Translations under genes and position numbers: made by a program | Shown: positions 46,331 to 59,200 of the stretch, piece after piece | Layout of the letters: each line of letters opens with the position of its first letter | Numbering within the stretch: the first letter of the stretch is position 1 | Notes under the pieces: generated by a model | What the model saw: only the letters and a program-made list of their open reading frames with translations | The model's database searches: none | Told to the model about the DNA's origin: nothing | IMG/VR virus record: IMGVR_UViG_3300017917_002560 | Span: 10,096 to 74,095 of that record | From: a virus | Lineage: Duplodnaviria > Heunggongvirae > Uroviricota > Caudoviricetes | Direction: 5' to 3' (one strand) | Length of the DNA: 64,000 bases

Positions 46331-47830
46331 ATGGCAGAAGAAGTACAACGAAGTCGGGGTCGTCCCAGTAATTACAAACAAGACCGTGGTGGCACACCAT
46401 CGGAATATGGTCCGTTCTTGGGCATTGTAAAGAACAATGTGGATCCCACACGTTCGGGTCGTATGCAAGTGTATATTGAAGCGTTTGGCGACGGTGGTGA
46501 AAACGACGACAAAAAATGGGTAACTGTAAGTTACTTGCCACCGTTTTATGGTGCCACTCCTCCCGGCGGCGCAGCCAAGGAGGGCACAGGCGGATACCCC
46601 GGTAACCAAAACAGTTACGGTATGTGGTTCACTCCTCCCGACATTGGTGTCACTGTAGTTTGTATATTCGTCAATGGTGACCGTAGTCAAGGTTACTACA
46701 TTGGTGCAGTGCCTGAAAATGGCATCAACCACATGGTTCCAGCCATTGGTGCCGAAGCAAATTTCATACCCACCAACGCTAATCAGAAAGCATACTTTGC
46801 CAACGCACCGCTGATGCCGGTGACAGAAATCAACAACAACAATATCAAGTTAGACAACAATGCTAGATTCTTTGATCAGCCCAAACCTATACAAAGTGTT
46901 GTGGCTGCTAGTTTCTTCCAGCAAGGGGTGGCCAAAGACATAGAACGTGGTCCTATACGCAGTAGCAGTCAACGCGAGAGCCCCAGTGCTGTGTTTGGTA
47001 TTTCAACACCGGGTATCCCTATCTATCAAGGTGGCTTGGCACCGTCTGATGCTAGAAAAAAGCTTAACTCAGGCACAGTAAAACCTGGAGACCTTAAAGT
47101 TATTGGTCGCATGGGCGGGCATACATTTGTTATGGACGACGGTGACATTGACGGCAACAATCAGTTGTTCCGACTACGCACTGCCAAGGGTCATCAAATC
47201 ATGATGAATGATTCTGGCGACTTTTTACAGCTCATGCATGCCAATGGGCAAACTTGGATTGAGTTGGGTGTAGAAGGTACAGTAGACGTTTTCAGCACCA
47301 ACAGTGTGAACATTCGTTCACAAGGTGACATTAACTTACATGCTGATCAAGACATCAACATGTTTGCTGGGCGCGATATCAAAATGAAAAGCGCAGCCGA
47401 CACTACAATAGAATCCGCAGTTAACATGACACTGTCATCGCAGGCTGGCACTGTAATTTACAGCAAAGCCACAATTGGTATCAAAGCCGATGGTAGTCTT
47501 GCATTGCAAAGCGAAGGCGGTAGCTGGAACGGTGGCGGTAGCTTGGCATTTACTGGAGGTGGTATTGACCTAAATGGTCCTGCCGCAGCCGCTGTAGCCG
47601 CACCCACAGCATTGCAAAAAACTATATTGGACGACACAAAGTTCAGTAGCAGTACTGGTTGGCAAGTGGCTGCTGGGGATCTAGAAAGTATTGTGACTAG
47701 AGCACCAACACACGAACCCTATCCATATCACAACAAAGGTGTTGATGCCAAGGTTGTGTTTGAAGAAGGTAACGCACCGCCTCCAGCAAGCGAACCTGTA
47801 CCTGGTGGCGTGGAGATCCAAGCACTATGA
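46331..47830 (+). CDS. gp5: Baseplate central spike (gp5/VgrG-like OB fold plus beta-helix)
   Basis: GIVKNNVDPTRSGRMQV...SYGMWFTPPDIGVTVVCIFVNGD...YYIG OB fold; RLRTAKGHQIMMND and short beta repeats follow. Confidence 0.8.
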   Translation: MAEEVQRSRGRPSNYKQDRGGTPSEYGPFLGIVKNNVDPTRSGRMQVYIEAFGDGGENDDKKWVTVSYLPPFYGATPPGGAAKEGTGGYPGNQNSYGMWFTPPDIGVTVVCIFVNGDRSQGYYIGAVPENGINHMVPAIGAEANFIPTNANQKAYFANAPLMPVTEINNNNIKLDNNARFFDQPKPIQSVVAASFFQQGVAKDIERGPIRSSSQRESPSAVFGISTPGIPIYQGGLAPSDARKKLNSGTVKPGDLKVIGRMGGHTFVMDDGDIDGNNQLFRLRTAKGHQIMMNDSGDFLQLMHANGQTWIELGVEGTVDVFSTNSVNIRSQGDINLHADQDINMFAGRDIKMKSAADTTIESAVNMTLSSQAGTVIYSKATIGIKADGSLALQSEGGSWNGGGSLAFTGGGIDLNGPAAAAVAAPTALQKTILDDTKFSSSTGWQVAAGDLESIVTRAPTHEPYPYHNKGVDAKVVFEEGNAPPPASEPVPGGVEIQAL

Positions 47831-49131
47831 GCCAATTTACATTTATTGACCCCGAAACTGGAAAAGAATTCCTAGTCAAAGGAGCCGCTGGCTTAACAGA
47901 AGAGCAAGCGTTTGAAATATACAACAAACAAAAAGACGTTGGATCTTTGATTAACCTCAAGCCTGGGGACATACTCAGTGCAGCCAGCCAAGCCGCTCAA
48001 GGGCTAACCAGCGCTCTGTCGCAAGTTTCACAGGGTATTGCTGGCATTGCTGGTTCAGTAACTGGTGCATTAGGCGGGGCTATCAACAAAGCCACACAAG
48101 TGGCCACAGGGCTAGTGTCTGCACCTTCTCTCAGCAGTGGATTGTCAGGGGCACTGGGCACTGCACAAAGCTTGGCTAGTAAAACTGTAGCTGGTATTGC
48201 CAGCGCAGTAAAAACCTTGCCAGTGACCAATGGTATAAACATTGCAGACTATGCCAAGCAAGCTACAGCTCTAATGCCAGTGGGCAATTTGAGCCCAAAC
48301 AATCTCACAGCCACACTGTCGCAAGCATCTAAGTTAGTTGGGCAAGGTGCCGACGCTCTTACAAATTCTGCTGGCCTAGGCAAGTACGGGTTGGATTGCA
48401 CACAATTGGAACGTGCCGGATTTGTTAAACCTGGCACAGCAGGAAAATATCTAGCTTCTGGGGTTAGCGACTTAACATCAGTGTTAAACAGTCCAGCAGT
48501 ATGGACCGGCAAAGACGGAGTAGCCAACGTAGACAAACTGTTGAGCTCAATACCAAAACAAGATGCTATTCAACAAGGATTAATGGCCACTGGACTGCAA
48601 AGCGTATCACAGTTGGGAATACCAATTGACAAGCTTAACCCCAAAGAGTTAGCTGGTACAGCACTCAATGCCGCAAAGTCAGCCGGAGACACACTAAAAT
48701 GGGCCGCAGGGCAAGCACTGCCAACTGACGTGCTTAACAAATTTAATACAGCAGCCAAAGACGCATCGTTTGCAGTGGATTTTAGTGAGTTAAAAATTGA
48801 CAGCGCAATGGCTAGCGAAATTGTCCCCCCAGCACTCAATGCCACTGTTGATAGAAAAACTCTCAATGCCGCAGTTAACCGTGTGGTTGGTAACAAAAAG
48901 ATTCCTGAAGTTTCGTTTGATATTCCTGAATCTATTACTTCAGCAGCCGCTGGGGCAAGCTCAAGTGTTAATCAAGGGTTATATTCTAGCACAAAAGATG
49001 AAGATCTCACATATACTGGGTCTGACCCGCTGGTTTGGGATCGAATCAATGCCGAAAGATTGCGTAGAGGATTACCAGGGCTGGCAGCAATTGGATATCC
49101 TAGACCGCCTGATGAACCCAGGGTTGCATAA
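47827..49131 (+). CDS. Hypothetical baseplate-associated protein (434 aa)
   Basis: Overlaps the gp5-like stop (ATGA); Ala/Gly/Ser-rich; embedded in the baseplate operon. Confidence 0.6.
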   Translation: MSQFTFIDPETGKEFLVKGAAGLTEEQAFEIYNKQKDVGSLINLKPGDILSAASQAAQGLTSALSQVSQGIAGIAGSVTGALGGAINKATQVATGLVSAPSLSSGLSGALGTAQSLASKTVAGIASAVKTLPVTNGINIADYAKQATALMPVGNLSPNNLTATLSQASKLVGQGADALTNSAGLGKYGLDCTQLERAGFVKPGTAGKYLASGVSDLTSVLNSPAVWTGKDGVANVDKLLSSIPKQDAIQQGLMATGLQSVSQLGIPIDKLNPKELAGTALNAAKSAGDTLKWAAGQALPTDVLNKFNTAAKDASFAVDFSELKIDSAMASEIVPPALNATVDRKTLNAAVNRVVGNKKIPEVSFDIPESITSAAAGASSSVNQGLYSSTKDEDLTYTGSDPLVWDRINAERLRRGLPGLAAIGYPRPPDEPRVA

Positions 49132-49146
49132 TCAATAAATATTGAT

Positions 49147-49521
49147 ATGACTACTTTTATCGGCTTCAGTACAATAGGGCAAAACAAAAAATTTACCTTG
49201 GTAGATTTCCCGCTAATCAAGCGTGACTTTTTGAATGCCCTTAACATACGCCAAGGCGAATTGCCAGGCCGCCCAGCGTATGGTACAGTGATGTGGGACT
49301 TTATTTTTGAAAACCAAATTGAAGAACTACAGCGAAATATTGAAGTTGAAATACAACGTGTGGCTGGTGGTGATCCACGTATTCAAGTCAGCAACATACA
49401 GGCCTTTCCCCAGGAAAATGGAATCTTGATTCAACTTGAAATCGCCATTTTACCTACCACTAATGCAGAAATCCTAAGCATTTTTTTCGATCTACAACAA
49501 CGTCGCGCCAGTTACATCTAA
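49147..49521 (+). CDS. gp25: Baseplate wedge subunit (gp25/GPW family)
   Basis: IKRDFLNALNIRQGELPGRPAYGTVMWDFIFE...DPRI motif; TAAATA upstream. Confidence 0.9.
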   Translation: MTTFIGFSTIGQNKKFTLVDFPLIKRDFLNALNIRQGELPGRPAYGTVMWDFIFENQIEELQRNIEVEIQRVAGGDPRIQVSNIQAFPQENGILIQLEIAILPTTNAEILSIFFDLQQRRASYI

Positions 49522-49572
49522 AACTAAGCCGTTTTTTATTCTAATAAATACTAGAAGCGAGGCTTAGTACGA

Positions 49573-52500
49573 ATGGCAAAGACAACCAGACAAACCGCAA
49601 TATTTGGCGTTGAAGATTGGAAACAAATATATCAGACCTATCGAGAGGCTGATTTCCAAAGTTATGACTTTGAAACACTGCGCAAGAGTTTCATTGATTA
49701 TCTGCGTTTGTACTATCCTGAAACTTTCAATGACTACATTGAATCCAGTGAATTTATTGCCTTGTTGGACGTCATTGCGTTCATGGGCCAAGCACTGGCT
49801 TTCCGCACAGACTTAAACACTCGCGAAAACTATTTAGATACTGCTGAACGTAGAGATTCTGTCACACGTCTTGCCGACTTAGTAAGTTACAGCGCAAAGC
49901 GCAACACAGCCGCTCAGGGATTTTTGAAAGTATTCAGTGTTGTTACAACAGAAAACGTTGTTGACTATACTGGTACTAATTTAAGCAACGTTACTGTAAA
50001 CTGGGCAGACCCCACAAACCCTGATTGGCAAGAGCAGATTACTACGATCATAAACGCGGCGCTGGTAGACAGTCAAAAAATTGGTCGTCCAGGCAACCGC
50101 CAAACTATTTTGGGTGTGCGCACTGACGAATACTCTATTAACTTAGTGCCCGGCTTTTTGCCTGTGGTTCCCTACAATGCCACAGTTGACGGTATTGCTA
50201 TGCCGTTTGAAGCAACTACATCAACATCTGTGGGTCGTAACTATGTTTACGAACCAAGCCCAGTGGCCAATGGCGTTTTTAACATTTTATACAAAAATGA
50301 TCAGTTGGGCTTTGACAGCGCCAACACTGGTTATTTCTTTTTCTTCAAACAAGGAACACTGCAAAACCAAGATTTTAACTTGGCTGAACGCATTGCTAAC
50401 CGCACAGTAAACATCAACGTTGAAGGTATCAACAACGAAGACCGTTGGTTGTTCCAGTTAGACAACGTGGGAAATATTGCACGTGAGTGGCAGTATGTAG
50501 AAAACATCTATGCCGGTGCAGTGGAACAAACTGCTGGCCTGCGCCCAATATACAGCACAACAAGTCGTGCCAATGACCAAATTACAATGAACTTTGGTGA
50601 CGGTGTGTTTTCAGAAATTCCTGTGGGTATTTTCCGTGCCTATGTACGTGCATCAAACGGTTTGCAATATATCATCAACCCAGAAGAAATGCAAAACGTA
50701 GTGTTGCCTATCAGTTACATCAGTCGTAACGGCAACTTGGAAACTATTACATTTACATGTGGCATCACACGCCCTGTGAGCAATGCACAGAGTCGTGAAC
50801 CCATTGCAGAAATCAAACAACGTGCTCCGGCTCGTTACTACACACAGAACCGCATGGTCAACGGCGAAGATTACAACCTCTTCCCATACACACTGTACAA
50901 CTCAATTATCAAATCCAAGGCAGTAAACCGTGCGTCAATTGGCACAAGTCGTTATCTTGACTTAGTGGATAACACTGGCAAATATTCTAGTACCAATACG
51001 TTTGGTAGTGATGGTGGATTGTGGAGAGAAAATGTATTGCCTACAATTTTGTTCTCTTGGACAAACCGCAACGAAATTGCTGACGTTATTATAAATCAGA
51101 TTCAGCCTAGAATTACTCAAAGTACATTGAAGCAGTTCTATTATGCTAACTTCCCACGCAAGTTGGCCAACGTATTTGATTTTGTGTGTACTGGTACTAC
51201 AGCTACGCTGAATACAATTACAACAAACTCTGAAGAATTTTTTGCTTTAGCAGCCGCAGGTCAAATTACATCTGGGTCCCCCATTGTGTTTGCTGATCCC
51301 ATTGGCGGCCTTACTGCGGGACTGCCGTACTATATTAGAAGTATCAATCCCAACAACTTTACATTTACTGTAAGTACTGCGCCCAATGGTTTGAACTCAA
51401 CACTGACCACAGCAACTGGTAATATGCCAACAACTGTGACATTGACCACAGGTGGCACCAACTGGAATCAAAGCACTACATTGGCTAACGAAACCACTGG
51501 TTACTTTAGAGATGTTTTAAATTCTCCTGTGTCAATTGGTGAATCAACATCTACAGTACTAAGATACGGTGTAGTAGGAAGCTTGATTAGATTTATTCCG
51601 CCCACTGGTTATTATTTTGATCGCAATAATAAACTACAGCTTGGTGTACCAACACGTGCTGATGAGCGCACAGAAATTTGGGCTAGCCCAATTCGTATCA
51701 TTGGCGATGGTGACAACGCTGGCCTTGGCAACTTGTTGAACGGCTCAGGGCCTGTAACATTAAACAACTTTGTGCCCACAGGCGCTATTGTTGACACAAT
51801 TATTCCTGTGTTTACCACAGACCTGCCATTTAGTATTCAACAGCAAATGACCGAGCAGTTCTTGTTGCTAAGAAACTTTGGTCTTGGTTACGACAACGAT
51901 GGTACTGTGACTGGAGTTCCTTACAGCTGGTATGTTATTAACAGCACAAACCTGGCAACAGATGCACCATTCAGCGAAGAGTATGCCGGCAACACCAGCG
52001 GTGCAAACCTTGACGCAAGTTGGATAGTACAGTTTGTAGTGTTGAATCAAAACTACACAATTACATTCCGAGGATTGCAATACAACTTTGGTTCAGTGTT
52101 GCAAACACGTTTCTTCTTCTATGACGGCCAGCAAGTTTACGATAGTCGCACTGGTACAGTGATCAAAGATTTTGTTAACATCTTGGCAGTGAACACACGC
52201 CCAGACTCTGCGCTACCACTACCTGGCGACATTCCTGTTACAATCACAGGGCAGCCTGTAGAAAGCGACGGCTATGTTGATGACTTCCAAGTGCTAGTGG
52301 GATTCCGCGACAGTGACAACGACGGTGTGCCAGATAACCCAGACTTTTTTGACGAAATTGTTGCGCCAAGCATCAACGCTAATCAAAAGTTTGTGTTCCT
52401 AGAACAAACAGTTGACTTTGACAACTTACAACGTTATGTGTTGGCAGAGCCAGGTCGTGTCAACAGTGACTATGCAACACTTAATGATATTGAAGCAGAA

Positions 52501-53268
52501 AAGTTCCAGTGGACGCCTGGACAAATATTCTATGCATACAGCCAAGATAGGTTCTATGAACTCAGTAGAGAAGTTACAGGCAACTTGCTATTGACTTTGG
52601 TAACTGGCTGGATTGCAAGAACTGGCCGCCAGAGCTTGTATTATCAGTATCGTCACAACTCACCGTTGACCAATCGTATTGACCCAGGTACTACAAACAT
52701 CATTGACTTGTATGTTGTTACCCAAGAATACTATACATCTTATCAAAATTGGTTGCGTGACACAACAAACACAGTGCTTGAACCTGAACAGCCCAGCATT
52801 GATGATTTGAACACAGCATATCAAAATTTGCAAGACTATAAAATGATCAGCGACAACATTGTGTTGAACTCAGTGACGTTCAAGCCGTTGTTTGGCGCCA
52901 AGGCCGCAATCACATTGCGTGCCACAATCAAAGTGATTCGTGCCCAAGGCTCAACAGCCAGCACAAGTGAGATTAAGAGTTCAGTGATTGCACAGATGAA
53001 TAATTACTTTAGTATTGACAAATGGAACTTTGGAGACACATTCTACTTTTCAGAACTGGCAGCGTTCTTGCACCGTCAGTTGGGAACAATCATCAGCTCG
53101 GTAGTGTTGGTGCCCTTGGATCCAGAAAAGAGTTTTGGTGATTTATATGAAATACGCAGTCAGCCCAACGAGATTTTTGCCAATGCGGCAACCGTTGACA
53201 ACATTGATGTGATTGAAGCACTAACAAGTACAAACTTGAGAACAGCACCAGGTAGTGGAGTAATTTAA
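49573..53268 (+). CDS. gp6: Baseplate wedge protein (gp6 family)
   Basis: DFETLRKSFIDYL, NTRENYLDTAERRDSV..LA, FGDG and IKQRAP...QNRMVNGEDY motifs. Confidence 0.9.
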   Translation: MAKTTRQTAIFGVEDWKQIYQTYREADFQSYDFETLRKSFIDYLRLYYPETFNDYIESSEFIALLDVIAFMGQALAFRTDLNTRENYLDTAERRDSVTRLADLVSYSAKRNTAAQGFLKVFSVVTTENVVDYTGTNLSNVTVNWADPTNPDWQEQITTIINAALVDSQKIGRPGNRQTILGVRTDEYSINLVPGFLPVVPYNATVDGIAMPFEATTSTSVGRNYVYEPSPVANGVFNILYKNDQLGFDSANTGYFFFFKQGTLQNQDFNLAERIANRTVNINVEGINNEDRWLFQLDNVGNIAREWQYVENIYAGAVEQTAGLRPIYSTTSRANDQITMNFGDGVFSEIPVGIFRAYVRASNGLQYIINPEEMQNVVLPISYISRNGNLETITFTCGITRPVSNAQSREPIAEIKQRAPARYYTQNRMVNGEDYNLFPYTLYNSIIKSKAVNRASIGTSRYLDLVDNTGKYSSTNTFGSDGGLWRENVLPTILFSWTNRNEIADVIINQIQPRITQSTLKQFYYANFPRKLANVFDFVCTGTTATLNTITTNSEEFFALAAAGQITSGSPIVFADPIGGLTAGLPYYIRSINPNNFTFTVSTAPNGLNSTLTTATGNMPTTVTLTTGGTNWNQSTTLANETTGYFRDVLNSPVSIGESTSTVLRYGVVGSLIRFIPPTGYYFDRNNKLQLGVPTRADERTEIWASPIRIIGDGDNAGLGNLLNGSGPVTLNNFVPTGAIVDTIIPVFTTDLPFSIQQQMTEQFLLLRNFGLGYDNDGTVTGVPYSWYVINSTNLATDAPFSEEYAGNTSGANLDASWIVQFVVLNQNYTITFRGLQYNFGSVLQTRFFFYDGQQVYDSRTGTVIKDFVNILAVNTRPDSALPLPGDIPVTITGQPVESDGYVDDFQVLVGFRDSDNDGVPDNPDFFDEIVAPSINANQKFVFLEQTVDFDNLQRYVLAEPGRVNSDYATLNDIEAEKFQWTPGQIFYAYSQDRFYELSREVTGNLLLTLVTGWIARTGRQSLYYQYRHNSPLTNRIDPGTTNIIDLYVVTQEYYTSYQNWLRDTTNTVLEPEQPSIDDLNTAYQNLQDYKMISDNIVLNSVTFKPLFGAKAAITLRATIKVIRAQGSTASTSEIKSSVIAQMNNYFSIDKWNFGDTFYFSELAAFLHRQLGTIISSVVLVPLDPEKSFGDLYEIRSQPNEIFANAATVDNIDVIEALTSTNLRTAPGSGVI

Positions 53269-56200
53269 TGGCCCGAGTACGTTCGGTAGACTTTTTACCA
53301 GAAATTTTTAGAACTGAGCCCAATAAACAGTTCTTGGCAGCCACCCTTGATAATTTAATTCAAGAGCCAAAGTTTAAAAAGACACAGGGCTTTGTTGGTC
53401 GTAGTGTTGGTCCTGGTATCAACCCCAATGACAAATACGTAGTTGAACTCAACAAAACTCGTGCCGACTATCAATTGGAACCTGGTGTTGTCAGCTTACG
53501 CCCAGATACAAACGAGATCCAAGATGCTATCACCTATCCAGGTATAGCAGATGCTATTAAGTTTCAAGGCGGCTTGGGTAATCGTGCTGACTTGTTGTAT
53601 GAGAGCGAGTACTATACTTGGGACCCGTTTGTTAACTACGATAGTTTTGTAAACTTTAGTCAGTACTACTGGTTGCCCGAAGGTCCAGACGCAGTGGATG
53701 TATTTTCCACAGGTGTGCCTATTACAAACAATATCACAGTCACACGTGAAAACGGCGTTTACACTTTTAGCGACGTAGTGGGCGAAAACCCTACATTAGA
53801 ATTAGTACGTGGTGGCAACTACACATTCCAAGTGGCACAGAACGATAAAGAAACTGTAAATTATCGTGTGGGCAACAAAGGCAATGGTAGCTATACCATT
53901 GACAATATTAGCAATCCAACACTGACACTGGTTCGTGGTAACACCTATGTGTTCAACCTTACATTGCAAGGTGTGTATCCATTCTGGATTAAAACCGCAC
54001 CTACTCTAGGCTTGGCTAATGCATACAACAGTGGCGTCACACGTAACGGTGCCACAATTGGTTTGATTACTTTCACTGTGCCACAAGATGCACCTGACAC
54101 ACTGTATTACATTGCTCAAGACCAAAGCAACATGCAAGGTGTGTTTAACATTGTTGACGGCGAAGCTGGCACCGGTCCTGGTTTTTGGATTCAAACCAAC
54201 CCAGGTATTACTGGTCGTGTACCCACAACACCGAACATCAGTTCACGAGATGTGTTTGGCGTACTAAACAACGGTGAAGACCTTGGTACTGTGGTATTCA
54301 ATGTGCCTACAAAAACAGCACAGCAGTACTACTATGATCTTAATACATTTGGTACACCAGTTGATTTAATTACTGAACTAAAATTTGAGCAAATCAACAA
54401 CCAGCGTGTAGACGTGTTCTTGGAACAGTTTGGCGGCATTGACGGTATTACAAACCTCAACAACCGTACACTGATTTTCTTGAATCCACTAACAGATGCA
54501 GTTGACGGCGGTTGGGTAAGAACCACACGTTTTGATCCGTTGGCACAAGATCCCAACAACAATTCGTTGCTGGGCAGTTTTGATTCAACACTGTACAGTC
54601 AAACTACAGAAATTGAGCCCGAGTTAAGATATCAACTGTGGCAAATAACTTACGAAATCAGCAATGGCTATGCATACATGCAACTCAACCGTTTGGCTGA
54701 TATTCCGACACTGGATAAATTTACAATTCGTTACGGTAACGAATACAGTAACACCAACTGGTTCAAGGATGGTAGTGGCAAGTTCCAGCAAATTCCGTTG
54801 CTGACTGCGGTCAACGATATCTTGTACTACCAAGACGGCACAGACCCAGAAATCTTTGGTCAGATCAAACTTATTGATGCGGCTGGTAGAACCACGCTTG
54901 ACATTGACAGTATTATTGGGCAGAAAAATTACACCAGCCCCAACGGCATAGTGTTCACCAATGGATTAAAAGTTGTGTTCCGTGGCGTAGTTGAGCCAGC
55001 CAGTTACGGCTCAGGCATCTACACATTTGACTGTACAGCCACAACTGACCAAATCAATGCCATTACTACAACAACAACTGATCCACTGTATGTAGGACAA
55101 CAAATTACATTCAGTGCTCCTACTCTAGGCGGGTTGATTGCTGGTCAAACATACTACGTACAGAGCATTATAAATCAGTTCCAATTTACTGTAAGTTCAG
55201 TGTTAGGCGGTACCGCAGTGACACTGAGCACAGCCTTGGGTGTAATGACTGCTACCAGTATCAACTACAGAGAATATTATGTGTCTGGGGTTGGCACAGC
55301 AATTCAATTATTGCCTGTGGCAAATTTTGTCACACCAGAAAGCTATGTAATTGATGCCAATGACAGTACAATATTAGCAGAACCCAGTGAACCTGATTAC
55401 ATTACAATCAGTCGAGCCAGCCAAGACCTTAACCCATGGTCACGCAGTAACCGTTGGTTCCACGTTGATGTTATCAACGCCACAGCGGCGTATAACAACG
55501 CTGTAGCAGTGCTAGACAATAACCGCAGAGCCAAGCGTCCAATTTTACAGTTCCGTCCAAACATTCGTTTGTTCAACATGGGTACTGTAAGCAAACTTGG
55601 TGTAGACATTATTGACTTTGCTACAGCAGATGCATTCAGCTCTATTCAGGGGTCTACTGGATACACCACTGATGGGTACCAACTAGTCAATGGCACTAGA
55701 GTTATTTTTGCCGCAGACACCGACGCAGAAATTAGAAACAAAATTTGGGTAGTTGAATTTGTCAACCCCGACAGCTCAACCCTGACTACAGCTGATAAAC
55801 TACAGCAAGGACTGATCTACACTATTGTGAATCTAGGTACCACTGATTGGAATGCAGTAGCAGGTACCACAGGCGTGTCATACACTGTTGGCAGCGTAAT
55901 ACGAGCAGTAGGAGCCGGCACCGGCACAGGGTTGGCTGAGTTTAATCAACCAATTATTAATTTGACTTTGGCCGATGACGGATTAGTATCAGTTGACGAA
56001 TGTACATTTGTGCTCAACGGCAACACCACAAAAGGAAAAACTTACTGGTACAACGGGGTTGAGTGGATACTAAGTCAACAGAAAACCAGTATTCAACAGC
56101 CTCCACTGTTTAACGTGTATGACAGTGATGGTATCAGCTTTGGCGATCAAGTCAAGTATCCATCCAGCGACTTTGTTGGTAGCAAGTTGTTTAGCTATGC

Positions 56201-59200
56201 ACCGGGAGAAACTGGTATCCTTGACCCTATTTTAGAATTCTCACTACAGTATCTCAGCATTGAAAACGTTGGCGACATTGTGTTTGATAACAATCTCTAC
56301 AAAGATACGTTTGTTTACACATTGGACAACATCAGTGTTACATTAGACATCAGTTCGGGGTCAGCAAGAGAATACAGTGACCGCATTAACTACCAACGAC
56401 TAATTGGCTGGCAAAATGCTGTAACAACATCCAAGACTTATCAACAGTTTAAGTTTATCTATGATGGCACCACGCTAAAATTAGACATTCGTGCCACCGA
56501 GCAGTCACAGAGCATTGTGCCTGTATTGAAAATTTATGTTGGCAGCGAATTCCAAGACCCCAGCAAGTATGTGTATGCGACAACCGCAGACAGCACTACT
56601 GTTACTCTTAAAAATGAGTATGTACTAGGTGACATTATTGAAGTTTTGGTTCTTAGCGAACAAACAAGTAAAGCGGCCTTCTACCAAGTTCCTATTAACT
56701 TAGAGAACAACCCGCTCAACGTCAATAGCCCTAACTTTACTTTGGGCACAATTCGTCAGCACTATCAAAGTATCTGTGAAAACTTACCAACTATCACAGG
56801 CTCTATCACAGGCGCAAACAACACACGTGACCTAGGCAATATTGGTCCATATGGTTTGATTATTCTACAGCAGAGTGCTCCGTTGACCTTGGCTGGGTAT
56901 TTCCTACGCAGTGAAAAATACAACATTTTCAATGCGTTGAATTACAACAGCCGTGAATACATTAAATTTAAAAATTTGGTGTTAGAGTCTGTTACACAAC
57001 AAACATTGAACTTCCAAACTCCGGCGCAGATTCTTGACACTGCTATTTCCGATCTCACAGCTGGTAAGATTGACACGCAGAGTTTCTACTGGAGTGACAT
57101 GTTGCCTTCGGGCGCAGTGTATGTTGAAAACACATATCCTGTGACATTTATTACTAGCAACGTGTTTGACACAGTGCAAGTGTATGATTTTACATCATCA
57201 AACTACTTTGGCCTAAGTGTATATCTCAATGACATATTGCTAACCCGTGATTTGCAATATGTTGTAGCCACAGATGGACCCCGACTCACTATTACAGTAG
57301 CGTTGAATCCCGGTGACACTGTGGTCATCCGTGAATACAGTGCTACCTATGGTAGCTTCTGCCCCAACACACCAACCAAGCTAGGTTTGTATCCAGCGTA
57401 TCGTCCAGAAATTCGTGTGCAAAAAACCAGCACTGGCAATCAGTCTGTAATTGTTGGCCACGACGGCAGTATTACCAAAACATTTGGCGACATTAGAGAT
57501 GAAGTGTTGTTGGAATTTGAAACTAGAATTTACAACAACTTAAAGCTTGACGGTAACCCAGTGCCACTGAGCGTGGCCGAAGTACTACCAGGCCAGTTCC
57601 GCAACACCGGTTATACCTCAGCTGAAATCAACAATATTTTAAACAGTGATTTCTTGAGCTATGTGGCATGGAACAAATTAGATTACAAAGAACAAGATTA
57701 TCAAAACAACAATCCGTTTAGTTACAACTACAGTGCCGCACAAAGCAGACTAGATGGCAAAAACTTGCTAGGTGCATGGCGCGGTATCTATCGTTATTAC
57801 TATGATACACAACAACCCGAGGACACTCCTTGGGAAATGTTGGGATTATCTATCAAGCCAGACTGGTGGGATTTGACTTACGGTACAGCACCATATACAA
57901 ACCAAAACTTTGTGTTGTGGGATGACCTTGAAGCTGGTTATGTGCGCGATCCTGTGGTACCTTACTACTTGCCTGAATATGCACGTCCTGGATTGAGCAA
58001 AGTAATACCCACTGGTGACGAAGGCGCATTGCTAGCACCACTAGACAGTGTTGTTAGCACTTACGATCCCAATCAGTTCCGCAAGAGTTGGGCTATCAAC
58101 GATGGTAGCCCAGTTGAAGCATCATGGTGGAACAGCAGTGCATATCCGTTTTCTATCATGCGCTTGCTGGCATTAACTAAGCCAGCTAAGTTCTTTGCAT
58201 TGTTTGCCGATAGAGATTTGTATAGATTCAATGAAGAATTTGATCAGTACCTATACAACAATCGTTATCGTTTGGACGCCAACGGGGTTGAAGTCTACGG
58301 CGACGGTGTTAGCAAAGCCAGTTACATTAACTGGATTGTAGACTACAACCGTCAAAGCGGTATAAACAGCACAAAAGAATTGCAGTCCAACTTGGCCAAC
58401 CTTGATGTACGTTTGTGCTACAGAATGGCTAGCTTCTCAGACAAAAAGTTTATCAAACTGTTTACTGAAAAGTCTAGCCCAAATTCCACAAACACAAGCT
58501 TTTTGATTCCTGACGAAAGCTACAACTTATTGCTGTACAAGAACCAACCATTTGATCGAGCTGGATACAGCTCTGTGTTGATTCAGCGTGTACCAGGCGG
58601 CTTTACAGTGTTTGGTTACAGTACTACACAACCTTACTTTAGTACTGTACAGAGTCAGCCCACTGGCAAACTACAAACAATCACCGCGGCTGGCGTTACA
58701 GTTCGTGTGCCTACATTCTACACTGGCAAGATAGTACAAGTCCCATATGGCTATGTGTTCAGCGATATTACAGCAGTCAGTGACTTCTTGTTAAGTTACG
58801 GCAAGTTCCTTGAAACACAAGGACTAACATTTACCAACGTTGCCAATGGCTATCAACTCAACTGGCGCCAAATGGTCAGTGAGTTCTTGTATTGGAGTCA
58901 GCAAGGCTGGGAAGATGATTGCTTGATTGCATTAAATCCCTTGGCATTTAGACTCAGTGTGTCTAAACCTTATGCAGTTGTTGATTCAATTCGCGCTCAA
59001 ACTTCAGAGAATGTGTTGTTGGATCAGAACCGCAAAGAGTTACCAACTCGCAATCTCAACATTGTTCGTGAAGGCAATACTTTCACAGTGGAACCACTGA
59101 ACGATCAAACTTTGAGTTTTATTGACCTCAAGTACACCAGCTATGAGCACATGATTGTGCTGGACAACGTGTCTGTGTTCGGCGACTTAATTTACAATCC

